Shown: positions 60,693 to 64,000 of the stretch, piece after piece | How positions within the stretch are numbered: the stretch's first letter is position 1 | Layout of the letters: the number at the start of each line of letters is the position of its first letter | Assembly: GCF_001447785.1 (NCBI RefSeq) | Contig: NW_015163751.1 | Span: forward strand, 1 to 64,000 | DNA length: 64,000 nucleotides | Direction: 5' to 3' | From: Gekko japonicus | Taxonomy: Eukaryota | Translations under genes and position numbers: made by a program | Notes under the pieces: model-generated | What the model was told of the DNA's origin: nothing | Database searches by the model: none | What the model saw: the letters and a program-made list of their open reading frames with translations, nothing else

Positions 60693-61670
60693 ATGGCAAT
60701 GAATAAATGTTTTAAAATTGTATCTTTGAATGTAAATGGCCTAAATAGCCCACAGAAAAGACATAGAACTTTTCATCAGATCTATAAATTACAGGCAGAA
60801 GTGATAGGAATACAGGAAACACACATTTAAAAAATGATGAAAAATATTTAAAGTGCAGAAAACTAGGTAAAGAGTTTGTAGCAACAGATAAAAAGAAGAA
60901 GAATGGAGTGGCAATATTTGTGAAAGAGCACCTTTCTCCAGAGTTAGTATATGCGGCAGAGGATGGTAGAATGGTAGCAGTAAAAATAAGGAGACTAGAA
61001 AAAGAGATGTTGATCATAAATATATATGCACCTAATCAGAACCAAGAGCCCTTTTATAAAACAGTATATAAATTTATCAAAAAGCAAAAGATGGAAAATA
61101 TCTGTATTTTGGGGGATTTCAATGCGGTATTTGATGAAGAATGGGACAGGAAGTTAAATAGAGGTAGAAAAAGGAAAAGTCAGACTTTTCCAAAAGTTTT
61201 TCTGGAAATGGTAGAAGAATATAACTTAACAGATCTATGGAGAGTTAGGAATTTGAGGAAGAGAGACTTCACGTACTACTTGGCTAGACATAATTGTTGG
61301 TCGAGATTAGATATGATATGGGCACCTGCTAGCTGGGTACAAGAGATACGAGAAGTAGAAATACTACCGCAAACGTTTGCAGATCACAACCCGTTACTTT
61401 ACATTGAAAGATAGATACAAAAAACCAAGATGGAGACTTAATATGGGACTACTACGGGATCGGGAATTTATAGCAAAGATGAAGGTAGAAATCCAGGAAT
61501 TTTTTCAAAGAAATAAACAAGGAGAAACAGCGATTGACATAATTTGGGATACATTTAAGGCCTATGTAAGGGGCTGGTTTATTAGCCAGGACACATGGAG
61601 GAAAAAGAAAAAGAGAGAGGAATATGAAAAAATAAGTGAACAAATAAAGAAGGAGGAAGATTAGAGGGGA
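60693..61670 (+). mobile_element. L1-clade ORF2 endonuclease fragment
   Basis: SLNVNGLNSP, IQETH, NIYAPN, GDFN, SRLD, DHNP motifs; frameshifted. Confidence 0.88.
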
Positions 61671-62504
61671 AAATTAATTGAAATTATATTCACATATCAT
61701 TCCCTAGTGAACCCACTGATGGAGGGAACATCGATAGTGAGACAACTTTTGTTTCAATTTCAGTTTCTGGCATTAATTCAATAAAGATGACATAAAAGTG
61801 TTTGAAAATAAACTCAGTATGCACTAACCTCATCTGTGTTTCTACAGTAGCCCAAGAAGGTATTTGGAAAGAATTGGCAACCCTAGTTTGCAGGTGTGAA
61901 TGTGATTCATCAGGACCCCTTTTCTTTGTGTAATTTATCAAGTTTGTTGTATATACAATTAAAATGTAATGTTTCCTGTCCCTGAGACTTGGCACACATT
62001 TGAGACTCCTGCCCTTTCCTGCATATTCTCACCATAGTGAGGTTTATTTTGTGCTTCTGCTGCTAGCCTGTGCTGGTAAAGAGACACCTAATGATTTACT
62101 TTTAAATACAATTTAATTTAATTAAATTAGGGTGCTAAATGATTAAAATTATATTCACAGATCATCCCCTAGTGAACCCACTGACAAAATGGAGCGAAGG
62201 AGACAAGTTCAGTTACTGAGCTTCAATCAAAGACCAACATAAAGGTGTATGAAAGTAAACTAAGTATGGAGTAAGGTCATCCATGTTACCACAACAGGTC
62301 AAGAAGATAGTTTGAAAATATGTTGTTAAACAGAAAAATGCCACTACAGAAGATTCATAAAGGGAAAGAAGTGTGCTAAAAAGAATCCGTAAAAAGAGGT
62401 GGGAGAAATCTCTATGCAAACTAGTGTCCAGACAGACCTCCCCAGCCAGTTGAGAGCATGGGCAGAACCAGGAGGCAACTGGTCAAGCTCACTTCTGTTT
62501 AAGA

Positions 62505-63490
62505 CATGAATGGCTACTATAAAGATGAATATATTACCAAGATTCCTTTTTTTAGCACAAAATATTCCTATTTTAAAGAAAAACAAGTTAATTACAGAAA
62601 TGGATAAGATTACAAGAAAGTTTGTTTGGAATTCAAAAAAAGCCAGGATAAAATGGAAGTTACTACAATACAACAAAGATAATGGAGGTCTTAGAATTCC
62701 TAACTGGAAATTTTATTACCAAGCGGCTGCTCTATGCTGGATCAAGGATTGGATTAATTGACAAAATGTGAGAACATTAAAATTAGAAGGACATGATCTA
62801 AGCATGGGGTGGCATGCATACATCTGGTATGGAAAGGACAAAATTCATTCTAACTTCCACCAACATATAATAAGAGGATTGTTGATTAAAATATGGAACT
62901 CTATAAAAGAAAGATATTATATAAGAATTCCAAAATGGGTGTCGCCTCTAGAGGCATTTATGAAACCCTCGTTAATCAATAAAAATAATAGAGAAGGTTA
63001 TGAAATACTTCTAGATGAGAAGAACGAGTTGAAAAATGAAGAAAAACTGTTGCAACATAATATTCAACTGTCATGGTGGCAATACTTACAACTAAAGTCA
63101 AGATACACCAAAGATAAATCTCAAGGTTTTGAAAGCAACAAAAACGAACTTGTTAAGATTTGGCTGTCTTCCAACGATAAACTTATTCAAAAACTGTATA
63201 AATTATGGCAACCTGACTGATTTCCCTTTGATCTTTAAGGCAATTATAATAGATATTACCGATATAGAACTAAAACTAGATCCAGAATGTTATCTTCTTA
63301 ATATGTTACCAGAGGAATTGAGATATGTGAATAAATGTCTGATAATTTTAATAATTACTTCGGCTAGGATTCTTTTTGCAAAAAAATGGAAATCAGAAGA
63401 AATCCCCGGAGATAGAGAAGTAATTGACAAAATTATGAATTTAGCAGAAATGGATAAACTAAACTCATTACTGAAAGACTGGAATCTGAA
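62505..63490 (+). mobile_element. L1-clade ORF2 C-terminal fragment
   Basis: IKMNILPRFLFL, GGLRIPNWKFYY, LKLEGHDL..GWH, ARILFAKKWK. Confidence 0.85.
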
Positions 63491-64000
63491 CGCACCACAT
63501 GCACAAGAAATAGGGGTTTGGGGAGCAAGAACTGAGCCCAGTAGGTCCTAATAGACCCACAAGATTTCCACGGTCGAAGCTTTTGAGACTCATATATTCA
63601 GCAAAGGGAGCTTTGACTCTCAAATACCTGTTGGCCTATAAGGTGCTACTTGGCTCAGAGCTTGCTCTTCTCCTGCAGACCAACACAACCACCCACCTGA
63701 AACTTATCTTCCTGGAGGGCTTGTGGGAGGGGGCATAATCACAGACAGTCTGATGGTGTGTTCTTGGCAGGGCTCATTTCCTGCAGGAGCTCACAGGAGT
63801 GGAACTCCGGCAGTAAAGAGCCCAGGGGGCGAGCACATGCAACAAGCCCCACCCCCTGCTCCCAGCAGCCCTCAGTCAGAGCAAGAAGTGGCCAGATAAG
63901 TTGCAGAGCTCCCCCCCTGTCCAAAACAGTCCAGTGGCACCTTTAAGACCAAGTTTTATTCAGGTACAAGCTCTCCCTCCTCTGTGAGGGCAGATCTGCA

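Overview
Vertebrate genomic DNA, almost certainly a squamate reptile and probably a gecko, judging from Squam3- and Sauria-type SINEs plus CR1, L2 and L1 LINEs. The window holds a local expansion of HSD17B14-like short-chain dehydrogenase/reductase (SDR) genes, reconstructed exon by exon from splice sites and homology. Copy A is on + (exons 5-9 only, 2627-6668; its 5' end lies upstream of the window). Copy B is on + (9 exons, 13959-30800, 285 aa) and has a second intact exon 8+9 cassette at 32147-34415. Copy C is on - (9 exons, 56770-39217, 285 aa). All reading frames and splice sites are intact, yet each copy has a different lesion in the SDR Ser-Tyr-Lys catalytic triad: A S>G and Y>T, B Y>S, C K>Q. 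This points to a maintained family of pseudoenzymes or neofunctionalised SDRs. Other highlights: a hAT MITE inside the last coding exon of copy A supplies a new stop codon, intron 8 is GC-AG in all copies, an orphan 3' flank suggests a lost copy, and nested transposons are abundant. There are two assembly N-gaps (3262-3532, 36895-37101). Exon coordinates were counted by hand; repeat boundaries without target-site duplications (TSDs) are approximate.
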